A stretch of DNA of 63,352 nucleotides, the filler included, from Platydemus manokwari (Eukaryota): assembly GCA_037951405.1 (NCBI GenBank). It is 6 parts of 6 records of this genome, joined end to end, with 100 filler letters (N's around TTAATTAATTAA, not from the genome) between each part and the next. Parts side by side here need not be neighbours in the genome. Positions count along the whole stretch, not along the records: positions 1 to 16,745 come from JBBMOY011148104.1; 5 more parts are not named here. One strand, given 5' to 3'. Position numbers and translations under genes: made by a program. Positions 1-14,819 of the stretch are shown one piece after another (the first letter of the stretch is position 1; the number at the start of each line of letters is the position of its first letter). The notes below the pieces were generated by a model. That model ran no database searches, had not been told where the DNA came from, and was given only the letters and a program-made list of their open reading frames with translations.

Positions 1-199
1 CGATTTGTCATGTGTCATTTCGTTAAACATATGTGGTGGTAGTTGGTTCCATTACTATTAGGATAATTAGAATTTTCACATTTTTGTTGGTTTGTAGTTA
101 TTAATATTTTTATCTCTCATTAGTAATTATTTTTCAGTACATTTTTAATTTCAATTATATATGATTAGATTATTAACTAGCATTGAAGGCTGAAAATTA

Positions 200-650
200 T
201 AATTTAAATCACCAAGAATTACAGACTCAACTTTTCAACAATTGCAATTTAAAATTGTACTACGACAATGATAGTTGTAACAACTCTGCACCTGAAAGTT
301 GAACGCAGAACTAGAAGAATGGTTGTCAGTAAAATCACACAAAAGTCACAAAATGGAATGGATGTTACCAGCTAAAAGAACTTGCAGTTGCTCGTAAAAT
401 CCACTTCCTTTATAGGCTTTTCGTGGCCAATATCGGTGTTTGTTGCCATTTGTTGGTGTACTCTAAACGACTATTAACTTCTAAATATGGATTGATATGT
501 AGAATAAATCTGATTGGCTATTGGCATGTGCGCTTTTTGAATCTGTGTGTATCAACGCTTTGAGGGTTATTTCCATGGTTTCCGTAAACATTTTGGTTGT
601 TTTTGTGATCTGCCTAACAATACACACATATTATATATAAATGAAAGAAT
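200..650 (-). mobile_element. LTR/pseudo-LTR-like repeat, same family as 12340-12900
   Basis: The reverse complement (gatcacaaaa...ccatggaaataaccctcaaagcgttgatacacacag...ccaatcagatttattctacatatcaatccatatttagaa...cctataaagg) aligns by eye with 12355-12650 on the plus strand. CCAAT and TATA motifs are present. Ends are approximate. Confidence 0.55.
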
Positions 651-2702
651 ATTCAATATTAAGTTGTAAAATTGTGGTTTCCTGGAATATTATGAATAAT
701 AATAATTGGTATCAATTTGAATTTATTTATCAATTCTACCTTATTTTTTAATGAAAATAATTTCGTTTTCAGAAGATCAATAAAATAAACTTTAATGATA
801 AGTACGAAGATTATCTTATTCTTTTGTAAATAAATTAATATATTTAAAATCAAATCTATTGGACAATATTGTGCTAACTCCAATTTGAAATTAATAATGA
901 AAATTCGTATGTTAAATGCAGTTCAAAACAACTGCAGATCTGCTTGTTGCGAATTCAACACATAGAAAATTGCTCATCACCTTTATTCATTACATACAGC
1001 CAACATCCTTGTCACTCTCATCCACATCGTCCACTTAAAATCTAATTTTAAACATTCGCAACAAAATTTTTATTCAAAACCTTCAGAGGTATAAGAACAT
1101 AAAATCATAATCAATCTCGAGATTCAACCCAATTAAAATCTAAGTCTTCAGCAACTTGATAAATCTAACTTAAATCCAATCTCTAAATTTGTAACAAGCA
1201 GCAATCTCTCAATCTTTCTACATCCACAGCAATAAGTAGCACAGCCATTCCCATTTAGTCAGGAATTTTCATACCCCGCCGCGGTAACTGAAACCAATCA
1301 AACAATAGTCAGTCCAAAAATCAAATCAATAAAGACAATGGACTACCTATTAACATTATTGACCTCGAGTGATCCAATATGGTGTGATAATTTCTGTGAT
1401 AATATATAAATAAAATTATAATGTTATAGAGTCAAATTTGTTGGTGATTTAAGTTCAAAGTATGAATTTTGTAGCAAGGCAGTTTTTTATATAAATAAAT
1501 ATCTGTCTCCAAAAATATAAGGTATGACACATAATAATATCTCCTAACCATCCAGCTCCTGCTCGAAAATCAAGGCGCGGTAACCTCAAACAGAAAATAT
1601 ATTTTATAAATGTTCACAAAAAATAAATAATAGATTCGTATTATAAATAAACTTATTGACATTAAAATTAATGATGAAAAGGTAACAATAATAAAAGAAC
1701 AAGCTTTAATAACATTTTTGAAAACATTTTGATCCTTAACTGTGCTTGACTATCGACAATGTCACCTAAAATGATTGAACATAAATTTTGCACTAAGACG
1801 AGGTGGTGGTTTTAAATGAAGAAAAGTTAATTTTAAGAGTTCCACAGAACTGTTTGCACGGCCTTGGACAAAAATAGTTTTACAGATAAAAATTTTTCTC
1901 AAATTTATGCTGAAAATTGACTTGAAATAACAAAATCGAACATATTAATTTGAATGGAAATAATAGCAGAACATGCTTGAGGAAATACATGGCAGATAAT
2001 GTACAATAGGTGTGCCAAAAGTACAAAAATAGCTTTATTACTGAAATGTACGTGTTGAATTAGGTACAAAATACTAATTTAGTCTTTTCTACACGTGGGC
2101 TTTGTGCGCTGCTAATTTTATAACGTAAGATCGATGTTTGTGCTTTTTTATGTTATACCAGTATTTTTTTCTTTTTCATCACAAGTTTTTGTCTGAAACA
2201 TTTTTTTTAATATTTAAATTGTCTTTGTTTTACAATTTAAAATTTCAATCAATTTCTTTGATCTGATAATAAAATTTTTCCTTAGAGTTAAAAGCTCTTT
2301 ATTTATATATTTTTTTGTTTTAGATATTTTTAAAATTATTTTATATTTAATATGTAATTTCAATGCGAACATTTCACAATATTTTGTGCGAAATGAAGTT
2401 ATTTAATGGTGCTTAATATCTGCTTGCTTAATAATTGGGGTTTTCTATGTCTATTCTCACAATTTTTATGAAGTATTTTTTCTCAACATAAATATAATTT
2501 ATCTGATAATATCACATTAGCATAATAAACTATTACATAACTGATATAAATTATATAGTTAGTTATACCGTATAGAAAGACCAGTAGAATCCTATTATCT
2601 AAAAACAGATACGAAATGGGGTGAATAATAAAATATAAGTAAAGATAAAACAATAAAGAATAACAGCTTGAATATACTGTAATCAGGAAGTTGTTATGTA
2701 TA

Positions 2703-3245
2703 TGTCGTTTTTGAGCTTGGCAGTTTTATCTTATTATCAGTCTGTACCACTATTTGCCATTTATTAAAGATCAATGTTGTCTTGATCAGTCTATATGAGT
2801 TCTGAATCAAGCCTTACGGTTCAACTAATGACTTTTTTATATTTTCTTCACCTCGCGCAAAATAATTAGTGCGGCAACAATGATCTTATAAAACTCAAAC
2901 CTATCAGCCTCAATTTCTATAACACCTTAACTTGAAAATGATTTATTATTTATTAAAACTTCAATCAATGAGCGGTCGATTTACTACAATAAGATTTTTT
3001 AATACAACAATTATTACAATGACAACTAAAATATGAAAAATTACAAAGAACAATGATTTTATAAACTACTGTATACACTGAGTGAACGCTTAGACGATTG
3101 CTTTAACAAATTTCTGGATGAAGATACGATCAATAAACTCCTATTCTTGGAGATAAATCAGATACCTGAAAAGGGTTTTGTGAGACCAAGCTCTATACTA
3201 TAACAATAAACGATAACTACTATAATTTCGATCAGTGGCTTAAAA
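2703..3245 (-). mobile_element. Solo-LTR-like repeat, family A copy 1
   Basis: Begins TATA|TGTC. Collinear similarity to 5351-5892 (ttgtcttgatcagtct..atgag, cttcacctcgc, aatgatttattatt, gatcagtggctt) and to the reverse complement of 15920-16444. The right end is the limit of visible homology. Confidence 0.6.
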
Positions 3246-5350
3246 GATCTAACTCGCGTTAATTGACAATGCCATCACAAATAGCAATTATAGCGAATAC
3301 GTCTCTCGAGCAAATACACAACGTCTAGTGGTTTCCAATAATGGGGCATTGGTTCTGGGGTTTTTAAGCTCTATTCATAGTTCCGATAGATGAGCTTGTA
3401 TTGTCTCACAATACTTTATTTTGTTACATTTTAAAAGTTTATTCATCAGGGATTTAGTTTAATTATATTGTGTTTTCTACTTTAAAACGCTTTGTAAATA
3501 TTATTAGATGATTATTACAATTTTCTAAATTGTTAATTCTTATATGATAATAATAAAGTGTTTTAAATGTTTTCTTAAAACCGTTCTTCAAATAATTGCA
3601 ATTATTATTTTTATTATCACTTTTACATTGGTAAATGTTCTAAAAATTCGTTTAGGTTGAATAAAAAATGTTTAATAGAAATTGTTTAACATAAAAAATA
3701 AAATGATTCTTTTATACATTGATACACTTTTTCTACAAAATTGCTACACTAAAAATGGTATATTCAAATTGTTTGAAAAAATGATACATAAAATGATACA
3801 CTAATGATGATTGTTTATGTTAATATTATATTAATTTATTTACATGAACTTTATAAATATGTTGATCTTCATCCGAAACATATTTATGTCTCTGATACTT
3901 GTATTGTTATCTTGTTACGGGTTGCGTTATTTTTATTTGCTATATTGGTCACTGATGATATACTTCCTTAGGAAGTCTTCTATGATGCATCAAGACTATA
4001 ACGTTACCTTTGGGGTCTTCTGTGATTTTGTTTTTTATTGTTATTAATATCCTCTAACACTTTTAATCAATATTTGCGTAAGTTCATTATAAAGGATTTC
4101 TTGGGTTCTGTTGATAGTGTTACATTATTTCTGATCATTAAATATTTATGTGCTATAATGAATGATGATTCTGTTTGGAATTACCGGATAATTCATTGAG
4201 AGTATTATTCATAAGGATAAATATCCAATATTGTGCTTTATAAATATCATTTTAACAAACTACCTCTTATAGATATTGTATTATTATTACCAACTTTCTA
4301 GGAATTTATATTGTTCTCCCATTATTGTTAAATTATCATAATAAATACTGGTTAAATTCAATAGTAGAAAGATATAATAAATAATTATTGCATATTAACT
4401 CTGGGCTTTTCATACAAATCACTAAAACGTTGTTATATAATAGAGATTTATATTATTTACTGTAAACCACTGTGACTGAAATGATAGTTTAAAACAAAAG
4501 ACTTGCGTTATTTATGCATATATTTTTTAATAATGTCACTGATAAAAATAATAGCTTTAATTTTAGGAAATGTCATTTTAGTCTGACTCTTTATCTCTGA
4601 AATAATTTATTGATTCTAAATGAGGTGTGGCCAAATACATTTATCCAGTAGCAATTAAATTATAACGAAGGTATTGATAACAAAGGTATTGATAACTGAT
4701 CTTCAATGACCATCTTAATAATTGATCTGACCTCACTCTTTTACAGAAATACAGCAACAAAAAGTATACCATGTAGACAAAATTGCAGTTAAGCAATCTA
4801 ACAAAAGTGTTTCCCTTACAATTAATTTTCTGCAGCTTGATTGTGGTGATTTAGTGATTGATTGTTTTGCTTATATAGCTGCTCTGTAACATTCGGTCAA
4901 TGATTATTTTAATTTATTTCTTTTTTCCGGTATACTCCGTGGATTTTTCAGATTATTTCTTGATATTAACTTAACCGGTCAGGGGTAATTGAGATATTTA
5001 TTTGTATATTATTACAATCATCGTTGTTTATGATCCTGGTGTCCAATTAAAAATTTTTGACCTTTAACTGGTTTACATCTAAAGTACACTTAGTTTTTTA
5101 GTTTTTAGATTTTTAAACATAACTAACAATATGAGCTCAAAATGATGGTGTTTGTTAATATTAAATATGGGTTTTTATTAATTTTTAAATAATTTCAACC
5201 ACAATCAAAATTTAATACTTTTCATATGAATACAAATTTAGCTCATGGAATTAGATCACAAAAATGAAGTATGTGGCTTACCTCCCAAGAGACGCGAGCC
5301 TACAATCGCTTCTATTTTTTGAAAGCAGTGATTTTAGTTAAATATATATA

Positions 5351-5892
5351 TATCACTCAGACCTTGTTGATTTTATTGTTTTATTTAGCTGAATTCTATT
5401 CGATATCACTATTGTCTTAATCAGTCTCTATGAGCTCTTGATTAAGGCTACAGGTGTAATCTAACTTATTTTGTTGTATCTTCACCTCGCTCAACCTTAT
5501 TGTGTGAAGACAATAGGTATAGCAATAGTCCTATATCTTGACTATCAGTCTAAACTTATATAACCTATTTAAATTCCTAATTATACTGACACCAATAATA
5601 ATGAACAATGATTTATTATTCCTATTTAACAAATAGTTAAGGCTTACTACAACAAATATTTATTGACAATCAACACCTATTCAAGTCGATTCACAATAAT
5701 AAAATAAAAGTTACAAATGGATTTTGATTCTACACTATACACCAACTTATAACGAACCTTAACAACTACTCAGACTAAAGCAACGATTTATAAACCCCAC
5801 ACTCTTAGGAAAAAACCATTTACCGAAAGATATTTAAGTCAAAGCTCGATAGTAAGAAATTACAGATAAAACAATGTTGATCAGTAGCTTAT
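5351..5892 (-). mobile_element. Solo-LTR-like repeat, family A copy 2 (may extend to about 6501)
   Basis: Starts tata|tatcactcagaccttgttgattttattgttttat, matching the terminus of the 16444 copy (reverse complement tgtcacgttcggaccttattgattttattgttttat). Internal similarity to 2703-3245. Confidence 0.6.
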
Positions 5893-8239
5893 ATAAATGT
5901 ATCTTACTGTTCGGTATTCCAATAATATACTGGGCATATAGGAAATTCTGATCTTTGACACAGGATGGTCTTCTATGGTGAGGTTCTTGAATGCAGCATA
6001 ATATGTTCTATCGATGTAACGCGTAACTGTGTCTTCAGTAATGTGTTATTGTGGCAGTGTTAATTGTGACTGCTATCACTCGCAAATATTCTCTGAGATT
6101 AAATTCAATTCCAGTGTATTTGTTATTTTCCCGCAGGAATTTATTTATCGGTGAGAAACATTCTCCATGATTAAATTTAATCGACTGAATGTTTTATTCA
6201 ATCACTGAATTTATGTGCGCGATAATAGGCGTCAATTTTTGTCAATGTTATTGCGCAATAATATATTGCATGTTGTAATTTTATAAATTAATTTATTATT
6301 TAGGGAATTTCAATGTATTTGTTCTAGGTGGGTTCTACTAATAGTATTATTTTACATATTTATAGATAGTAATTATTATAAATAATAATATATTATACTA
6401 TTTTAAGCTTATTTCACTCAAGCATTCTGAGAGTTATTAAAATATAAAAATACACACTGATTAAATAAAAATTAATATAATGACAATTAACGCACGCGTC
6501 ATACTTATTGTCATTCATATAATACGATTATTATAAAATTTGTTATACAATTTTGCACAAATTTTTAGTCTGAATTAATTATTTTTATTTTTATTTTTGT
6601 ATATATCCATATCTTTGCTTATTCTTATTCTAAAATTCCTAATTATTAAAATGTTTATTTATACTTTTTTTTATCTATTAACTTTGTTCTCTTGTTGATA
6701 ATAATAATATAATTTTGGATATAAGCAACTCATATTGTTGGATGGTGCAACTATTATATAAGCTGGACCACAATCTTATTTCTGAGAAAGTGTCAGATAC
6801 ATTTTAAAAAATACATAAACAAATTTGATTGGTAATCCAAATTAACATATTTCGTATTTACAATCTTCATTTTGTTAGTATACAACCCCGAAATAATTAA
6901 TAGGAATACTTATCGAAGACTTATTCTGGAAGTCGTTGAATTAAAATCACTGTATCATTTGACTGTATATCAAGTGAATCACCTTTTTTGTTATTTGTTA
7001 TCTAGCAATGCAGGTTATTTAAAAATTTGACTTCGGTTCGTTATTGATATAATATCTGTCATGAGAGTACCTTTTAAAAAATTGTGTAATTTATAATATC
7101 ATTCGAACGATAATCATTTCATTGTATCACTGTTTGAAATTTAACTTGATTTTCTAACTGAATAGATAATCAATTCAATAAAGTTTGTGCACCATTGTAA
7201 TTGTCAATAAACATATATATGGCGGTAAGTAAATTATTCAAGAAAATAATAAGAAACTGACAATAAACTACACTGTTGCCACACTTATTATCACCATATA
7301 ATAAGACTGTGCAAGGCGAAAACATTAAAATACTAAGTAGCCCATGAATTTGATTATCGATTCTCAGATACAATAACAGTATATTACGAGAATGTAGTTA
7401 CAATATAAGATTGCGAATAAATAAAATCGATAAGGCCGATGCAAAACACTAAAATAAAATCTATTTTTGTAGAGATCATTTTAACTAGAATCTGATGACA
7501 TTAGTTTCTGTCACTAGCATTGTTTGATTAACTTTATTCGACAAATTATGCAAACATTATTAAAAGATTCAAATTATTATATTTATCGAATATCCATTGC
7601 AAATTTGTCTGTGAATGAAGACTTTGAGTTCGATTGCTGTTTTGCAGTCATATTTGCATCTATCACTACACACTAAATAAATTTTACTTATATACAGATT
7701 TAATGATAGCTGTTAGCTGCACTTATCAATTTATTCCAAGTATCATCCGTAATAAGTTACTATTGTTATTTTATCAAAATAGTAATGCTTTAGCATGTAT
7801 GAACGATAGTAAATCATAACACACAATAATCTCTATCTCAACTTTTCTCCCGATCCTCAGATTTTCAAAAACTAATAAATAAACTCTGATACTCTCAATC
7901 CTCAAGTTTTCGCAATATCAACTCAAATAATAATGCTCAAGGCAATAATGCTCAAATAAATCATCAAAGGCTTCAAACCACAAACCACCATAATTATCAA
8001 AAGACTGAGATTGGAAAGTCAACATCGATGAATAATATATGATGTGCCATTTTAATCTTATGTGGGACTTTACTTTTATTTAACTGCGTCTTTATTTTAT
8101 GAACAATAAATGCAGAAAATTTTTGATTTTCATGAAGAAATCAATGTGCATAATTTTATTTTTGAATTGTTATGGAATTTTGAACTATTAGATTATTATA
8201 TTGAAAGAAATTATATTATTATAATAAATAAAATTATAA

Positions 8240-8520
8240 CAAATAAATGTGGGCGAAATTTTAAAAAAGTAATTAATAATTCAGGGTAAATCGAAATTAA
8301 AAATGTGGACGAAATTGAAATTTAGATTTATGAGTAAATAAAATTGTCAGAGTAGGAAAATAATTCTACAATGTAAAAGAGAAGTAGAAAATAATAAAAA
8401 ATGATGTTCATAATCAGCGTAAGAAAAATAGTATATAAGTAGAACGAGAAAATTAGAAAGAGAAGCTCACAAAATAATTCCACGCTTATCGAGAAAGATT
8501 TGTTGATGCAAAAAATCATA
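8240..8520. repeat. Interspersed repeat (MITE-like), with an inverted copy at about 12990-13210
   Basis: The reverse complement of atttatgagtaaataaaattgtcagagtaggaaaa (about 8326-8360) matches ttttcctactctcacaattttatttaatcataaat at about 13160-13194. Confidence 0.5.
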
Positions 8521-9766
8521 TTAAGAAACTCTGATTAATTAAAGGCACTACTATTAAGAAAAAGCACACATTGAAAAATCTATAAAATTTTAACAAAAAT
8601 ACATATCAACACAGCGCAGTTTCGATATCTGAACCTTTCCTTATTCATCCTGACTTCTTTAACTCGCGTATTTTGTAAATTGTGACTTTAGTTGATTGAT
8701 AAATTAATTTTGTTGGATTGGGATATATTTGTAAAGGAAATTAAACTGTATCATTATGTACTAACCATGTTAAATAATATTGTACACTTCAATAACTTTG
8801 AACAAATAAATATTGATTCAGTCTCTGTTTTTATTTTGATTGTTCATAATGCACGCACCTACTCAATTGACATCGTGCTTCAACTGGTAGTACATAACTC
8901 ACATTACTAATAAAATATAAGAGACAGAACCTCAATACATAGATAAAGATTTCAAAAATAAATCTGGCTAAAAACCAATACTTTTCTCTAGATTGGGTTC
9001 ACCACAAATCGCTCAGACCTTTTGATATTACCAGATAAATTTATAAGACAGTTGATTCAAAAAGATGTTGCTTTTCATTGAGTGATTCATAATCACCCCC
9101 TTAAAATGGTCTTTTTAATACCAATATTATCGAGAAAATAACAATATTTTGTAATTATTCCATGCATCTAATAATACCAAGTTTTATAGACTGGACCGCA
9201 CGATTTTAACCAACTTCTTGGGTCCATAGTGTTGTTTAAAAGTCAATACGGTGTTATAAATAAACACAACAGTCCAAGGGTTGCTTCGAAATAGTAACAC
9301 AAGTTATACAATTTTGACAAGATTGATATAATATAAAAACTGAAAATTTAAATATAAACTGAACACTGACAAATGCGCAATGGCGTGCACACTAAAATGA
9401 ATTTTATGAGTAAATAAATTAAAATAAACATTTAGGTTCTGTGTTAATTCAAAATAAAACTGATGGATATGCCTCGATATTTCACATATCAAATTTAATC
9501 TTAAATACAACTCTTATTTGTGGAAATTCCATTACAAAGCTTAAAACATTTTTCTAATAAATGAAATTCATATGGTGAAAAAATTATTAATTTTACAATT
9601 TATTTTAAAATGCAACTCATTTAGGAATATTATCAAGCAAAACTACAAGCAATACAATTGTTAAAATTGTGAAACACTTTTCTAATAATATTCAAATTAA
9701 AAAGCAAAATATTTAACCAAAAATCCAAGCAAAACACGGAACATTAATCTTTATAAACAATAACAA

Positions 9767-10202
<436 letters not shown>

Positions 10203-10502
10203 ATTTAAAATTGAATATATTTTTAAATTTCGCTATAAATAAAATTAAATTGATATTAAAAATAACTCAAATTTCCCACCTTACTTAAGGAAATCAATCG
10301 AGTTGGAACCAATTTTAAAAATTGATAAAACATAAATTGAAATAAACAAAGAAATTATTTTATGTATGAATTAATGTTAACTCTCTACCAATTTATATTT
10401 ACATACAATTGTTGTAAAATTTAACAAACACCATCGAATGTTGAAAGAAAAACTAAATTAGAAAGTTATAATAATCGTATTAAAATATAATATAGCTTAA
10501 AT

Positions 10503-11214
10503 AAGTGGTCTCCACACTTTCTTTACAACTCATTTTACAAGTCCAAATTTTTTCGCGACCCATAGGGACTAAAATAAAAATAATAATGTAAATTTTTTAA
10601 TTAAAACTTTTTAACAGTAAAAATTGAAATATATTTAATAGTAACTGCGATTTTGCATATTCTTGCATAAAAGATCAAATCTTGGCTCTATTTCGGTGAT
10701 TACTGGCCTCAAGTACTAATTCCAGATCTTTAAAATTCGATCGATATTTTGTTTTAACATAAGTCAGTGTCGAAAATAATGTTTCACATAAATAAGTAGA
10801 GGAAAAGGAAGAAGAGTAAGTATGGGTAATTCCGTTGAAAGTGGATATCCTGTTCTTACACTAGCCCAAAAGAAACTTAAGTTTTTTTGAAAAATGTACT
10901 TTCAAGCTCAAATCACTGGAGAGTTTCGAAAACTCTTCTTGAGCTTTAAGTTAAGATGATTCACTTCTTTCTAAGAATTAGAATATACTCTTGCTGATAC
11001 TGTTTTTGCATTAAGAAAAGATTTACTATTTTGTCATCTAATAATATCAATAAAATAAAAGAATAATTGTATTAAAATTATTTAAAATTAGACTTCTCAT
11101 ATTTAGATTATTTTCCTATGATTACTTTACTAGACCTTTGAAATTTCTTGTAACCCCCAAAAAATTGTTCCTGATCCTCTAGTGGGTCGCACCCCTTTCT
11201 TTTGAAGAGCACTG
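10503..11214 (-). mobile_element. Internally deleted hAT (Buster/Charlie-type) DNA transposon
   Basis: Termini (a)AGTGGTCTC and GAGCACTG. Flanks gcttaaat / atttaaat form a 6-of-8 TSD with central TA. Minus strand 10650-10950 gives a frameshifted hAT dimerisation domain: FFWASVRTGYP...LLPF/STYLCETLFSTLTYVKTKYRS...IEPRFDLLCK. Confidence 0.85.
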
Positions 11215-12339
11215 ATTTAAATGATAAGGATTTGTTTTGTGCATTAATTTACCTGTAAATGAATATTTAAATGAGTGGGTTTTGTTTGGTTCTGCTTTTA
11301 TTGTGGAATTGCTCAACTCTCGCCTCAGTCCAGGAGGTGAGTTCTATGCATCATTAATTTAAATCTACTATCAAATGTCTTAAACGAATAAAAATAACAC
11401 AAAGTTAAATTTTTATATTCTGATTTATCGCAATTATCACACAATATTTAACCAAATGGTTACAAAAATTTGAATGTTGTTATCACCTACAAAGTAGTCA
11501 GTATTTTTCAATTCATTTAATTTAGATTTTAAAGAGATAAATTTTCTTTAATTATAAATAATAAAATAAACAATTTAATTTAGACTTGTTCCAGCTGCTG
11601 GGTTTTATCCATCTAATTGAAGTAGCTGAAAAATGAACGTAGTTTAATGAGAGGGCTCACTCTATTAAAAAATAACCCCACGTTTGAGATTGCTATGCCT
11701 GGAAATTTTACCTTTATTGAAGAAAGCGGTACACTCAATTAAAAACCTTTATTTATGTATTTCATCTCTAAAAAGAGGAAATATGTGCCAAAAAAGCTGA
11801 TTCATCAAAGCTATCAGATTAAAGTTAGAAATTTTAAAAAATATAAAATCTTATACATGCTATAACAAAAATTGACTTCTATCATTTTAATTGAACTTGT
11901 AATCTCAATGCTTCAATAATTTGAAAATGGTGATAGTATTTAGCCCGGTTTTGGTTTAAATTGAATATTTTGTGAATTCGTTAAATATTTATGTTAGTAT
12001 TCTTTACATTCTGAAAATTTTAAATGTTTACTTTTAGTTTTTTGAACTCCTGATATTTTCAACAAAACTCGATTATCAGGAATCTTTCTGTTTTGTCAAT
12101 AAATAAATAAATTTTTATACAAAATAAACAACGTCTTAATTTATGTTGTTTGTTATACTGACAAACAGTGAATGTTGTTGCCAGTGAAATATTTTTAAAA
12201 CCTTAATTTCAATTAATAGTTCTACTTATTTATTATGATAATTTTACTTATGATAAATAATTTTAAATATTTTATGATATGAAACTTCGTTTTCCGAATA
12301 TTTACAAGTCAAGGATCTGAATCTTAGTCTACGCAAGTA

Positions 12340-13900
12340 TGCATGTATTGGGAGTATCACAAATCAATCGAAGGGTCACAAAAGCCAGGGAAAAACCCTA
12401 AAAAGTGTCAATACACACAAGCCCGATAAATACGCGTGCTGTTAACCAATCAGATTCGTTCTAATGTTAGTCCATGTTTAGAATCGACAAGCACATACCT
12501 ACCAACGACAGCAAGCTCAAATATCCGCCAATGACACAATAGATATAAGGAAAATCTCAAGTAAATCGATCCACGAACAAATTTAGCGAATGAAATACGA
12601 AGATCCGTAACATCAAGCAGACACACCCGATAGTTCTATAAAAGAGGCTGAGTTCCATGGGTTCATGCCAGTCTTTTTTGGTGGGTAACTTCAGTGGTTA
12701 GCTTATGCGGGATTTTAGTAATCAGTCTTTTTGATTACCCTTCATTTTGTTTTTGACTTTCGGGTATTGATCCCGTTTTTAGTGATTTTCTTTGTGAGTT
12801 GTTGAGGCTTTGTGTGTGCTATTTTAGTTATTACAAATTTTCAGATCTAAATTGTTGTTTGTTAACCCAACACATACTAAAACCAATGATCAACAAATGA
12901 AATCTCAGATTTCAGATATAGATTTTATTTAAATGTGAATGTTTTATCCATAAATTATATTTCTTTACTTTTTTAAAGTTGTGATCGAGATTCAATAATT
13001 CAGTACTAGAATTTTTTCAGTCAGTTTTTGTCAGGATTATATTCTGAGTAATCTTTCTAATTTTCCTCCGGCTTATATACATTTTTTTGCTTTACGAATG
13101 ATGAATAATCCAGATTTTATTATTTTATTCTTTCCTTTTGGATTAAAAAATTATTTTCTTTTTCCTACTCTCACAATTTTATTTAATCATAAATACGCCC
13201 ACATTATAAATTTCATTATAATGAGTGACCAACATATTTCATTCGATCGTATAAGACTTTGAAGACAATTCGGAGTCTAGACTACACCCCTCTCAGAGGT
13301 TTCAGGCGTATTCTGCAGAATTCTGCACTTTAGGCTTGTGTTCAACTTCAGAATTCAACAGGTCAAAACTACTTAACTCTCATATTCTAACCAATAATAG
13401 AGACGACGAACTTATCCAATTCTTGGACAAAAAGATTAAGCAATCTCTTGCAAATATTGAATATCCAAGGCTCAAAATTCAGAGACACTTTCACTACTCT
13501 CTTCGAAAACTCTATGGAATCGGCACTAATGGAGTGTTACATTTTCTGTGCCTTCAGTTTTTTACAAGTCCAGACCATAAATTTAGATGATTCATCATCA
13601 AGTATCTAACCAATCTGGTCAATTACAGACTCAACTTCAGCCATCTATTTATCAAGATTGCACCTGTGAATATCAATGATATCTGACAAAAATTAATCTT
13701 CCACAATATATTGAACCAAGACGAGATTTGCTTTCAGAAAACTCAGGAAAATTCAAATTGACTGTGAATAAATAATCACAATGATCAAATACAACTAAAA
13801 TTCACTGTCTCGTAAGACAACAGATACCTTTTTTAGAAGATTGCCGCATCTAAGTTGGGTTACCCTACACAACGAGAAAGCAAGGAAGGCTGGTTCACTG
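12340..13900 (+). mobile_element. Degraded Penelope-like retroelement (promoter-bearing repeat, RT C-terminus, GIY-YIG relic)
   Basis: 13330-13620 reads LIQFLDKKIK...LRKLYGIGTNGVLHF...FTSPDHKF, resembling the PLE motif FLDv.I...YRKPT.tg.yLHf.S.hp..hK. 13645-13760 reads IYQDCTCE...YIEPRRDLL, resembling GIY-YIG. Many stops. An upstream CCAAT/TATA repeat lies at 12340-12900. Confidence 0.55.
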
Positions 13901-14378
13901 TTTCTCACCTTCTCATCGTAAAAGCCATCAAAGAAGTTCACACGCAATTACATACTGTACTTTATCAAGGTAGGGAAGTCAATGCTCTGCGACGCTGCAA
14001 CACTGAACAAGAAACGAATGCTCAATGAATACTTTTCCAAAAGCAGCTTCAAAACCTCATGCAACAATCCTAGATAATCTAGATAATTACTAGCAATCAG
14101 CCGGCTTCAACAACGCTTTAATACAACGTCACCGAAATCGGCCAGCAAACTATGAAGAGACTTGGTGATCCGAAAGAAAAACAAATGTCAAGCCCTCAAA
14201 ATTTCTTTCGATAACAGTGACAAAATCTATTTTAATGGATTTCATCATCACGAGAAATACAGAAGCACTACCAAGGAGATTTACAGGAAATCCAAGTCAT
14301 CTGCATTGGAATATTTGTGTTGGGATAGCACCACACATAAAACAAACCAAAAAACAAACAAAACAAACCATATAAAAA

Positions 14379-14468
14379 CTCCCTAAATTCCATTTAGAAT
14401 TCACGCCCTGCAATAAATCCCATAACTCCCTAAATCCCATTTAGAATTCATGCCCTGCAATAAATCCC
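14379..14468. repeat. 47-bp tandem duplication (2 copies)
   Basis: ctccctaaattccatttagaattcacgccctgcaataaatccc is followed by ctccctaaatcccatttagaattcatgccctgcaataaatccc. Confidence 0.85.
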
Positions 14469-14656
14469 CTATAGAGCCGACACATGAAAACCCCATATAA
14501 ATCATTACCCTATAAATCACTAAATATGCGCCTTAGAATGTTTCCTAGAAGTATGGACTGAGCTGCTGCAAGCCAATATATTCTCCAATAGATTCTCCAA
14601 AATAAACAATTGACAATTGATTATAACAATAAAGCTGATTTGATTTGTTTGCTTAC

Positions 14657-14819
14657 AATAGACTATTGTGTTATTGCTGGTAACGCTTTTATTACTAAAT
14701 GTTATTCAATATTATTTAATTGGGTTTATTGATTTTTGCTTCTAATAGACTATTGTGTTAATGTTGGCAACGCTTTTATTACTGAATATTATTCAATGCT
14801 ATTTAATTGGTTTTATTTT
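14657..14819. repeat. 87-bp tandem duplication (about 2 copies)
   Basis: Units starting aatagactattgtgtta at 14657 and 14744, similar through cgcttttattact..attcaat..tatttaattgg. Confidence 0.85.

Noticed and set aside
6700-7800. Possible decayed GPCR on the minus strand
   Set aside because: Hydrophobic fragments without a diagnostic motif; explainable by AT bias.
8860-9300. Possible Tc1/mariner transposase remnant (also about 1750-1870)
   Set aside because: Only faint echoes of DDE-region motifs and no TIRs located.
14125-14195. Hammerhead ribozyme downstream of the Penelope relic (tgaagag...cgaaa)
   Set aside because: The CUGANGA core is broken and stems II and III do not pair. Other ctgatga/ctgaaga sites I checked (3443, 7492, 48060) lack a matching GAAA.
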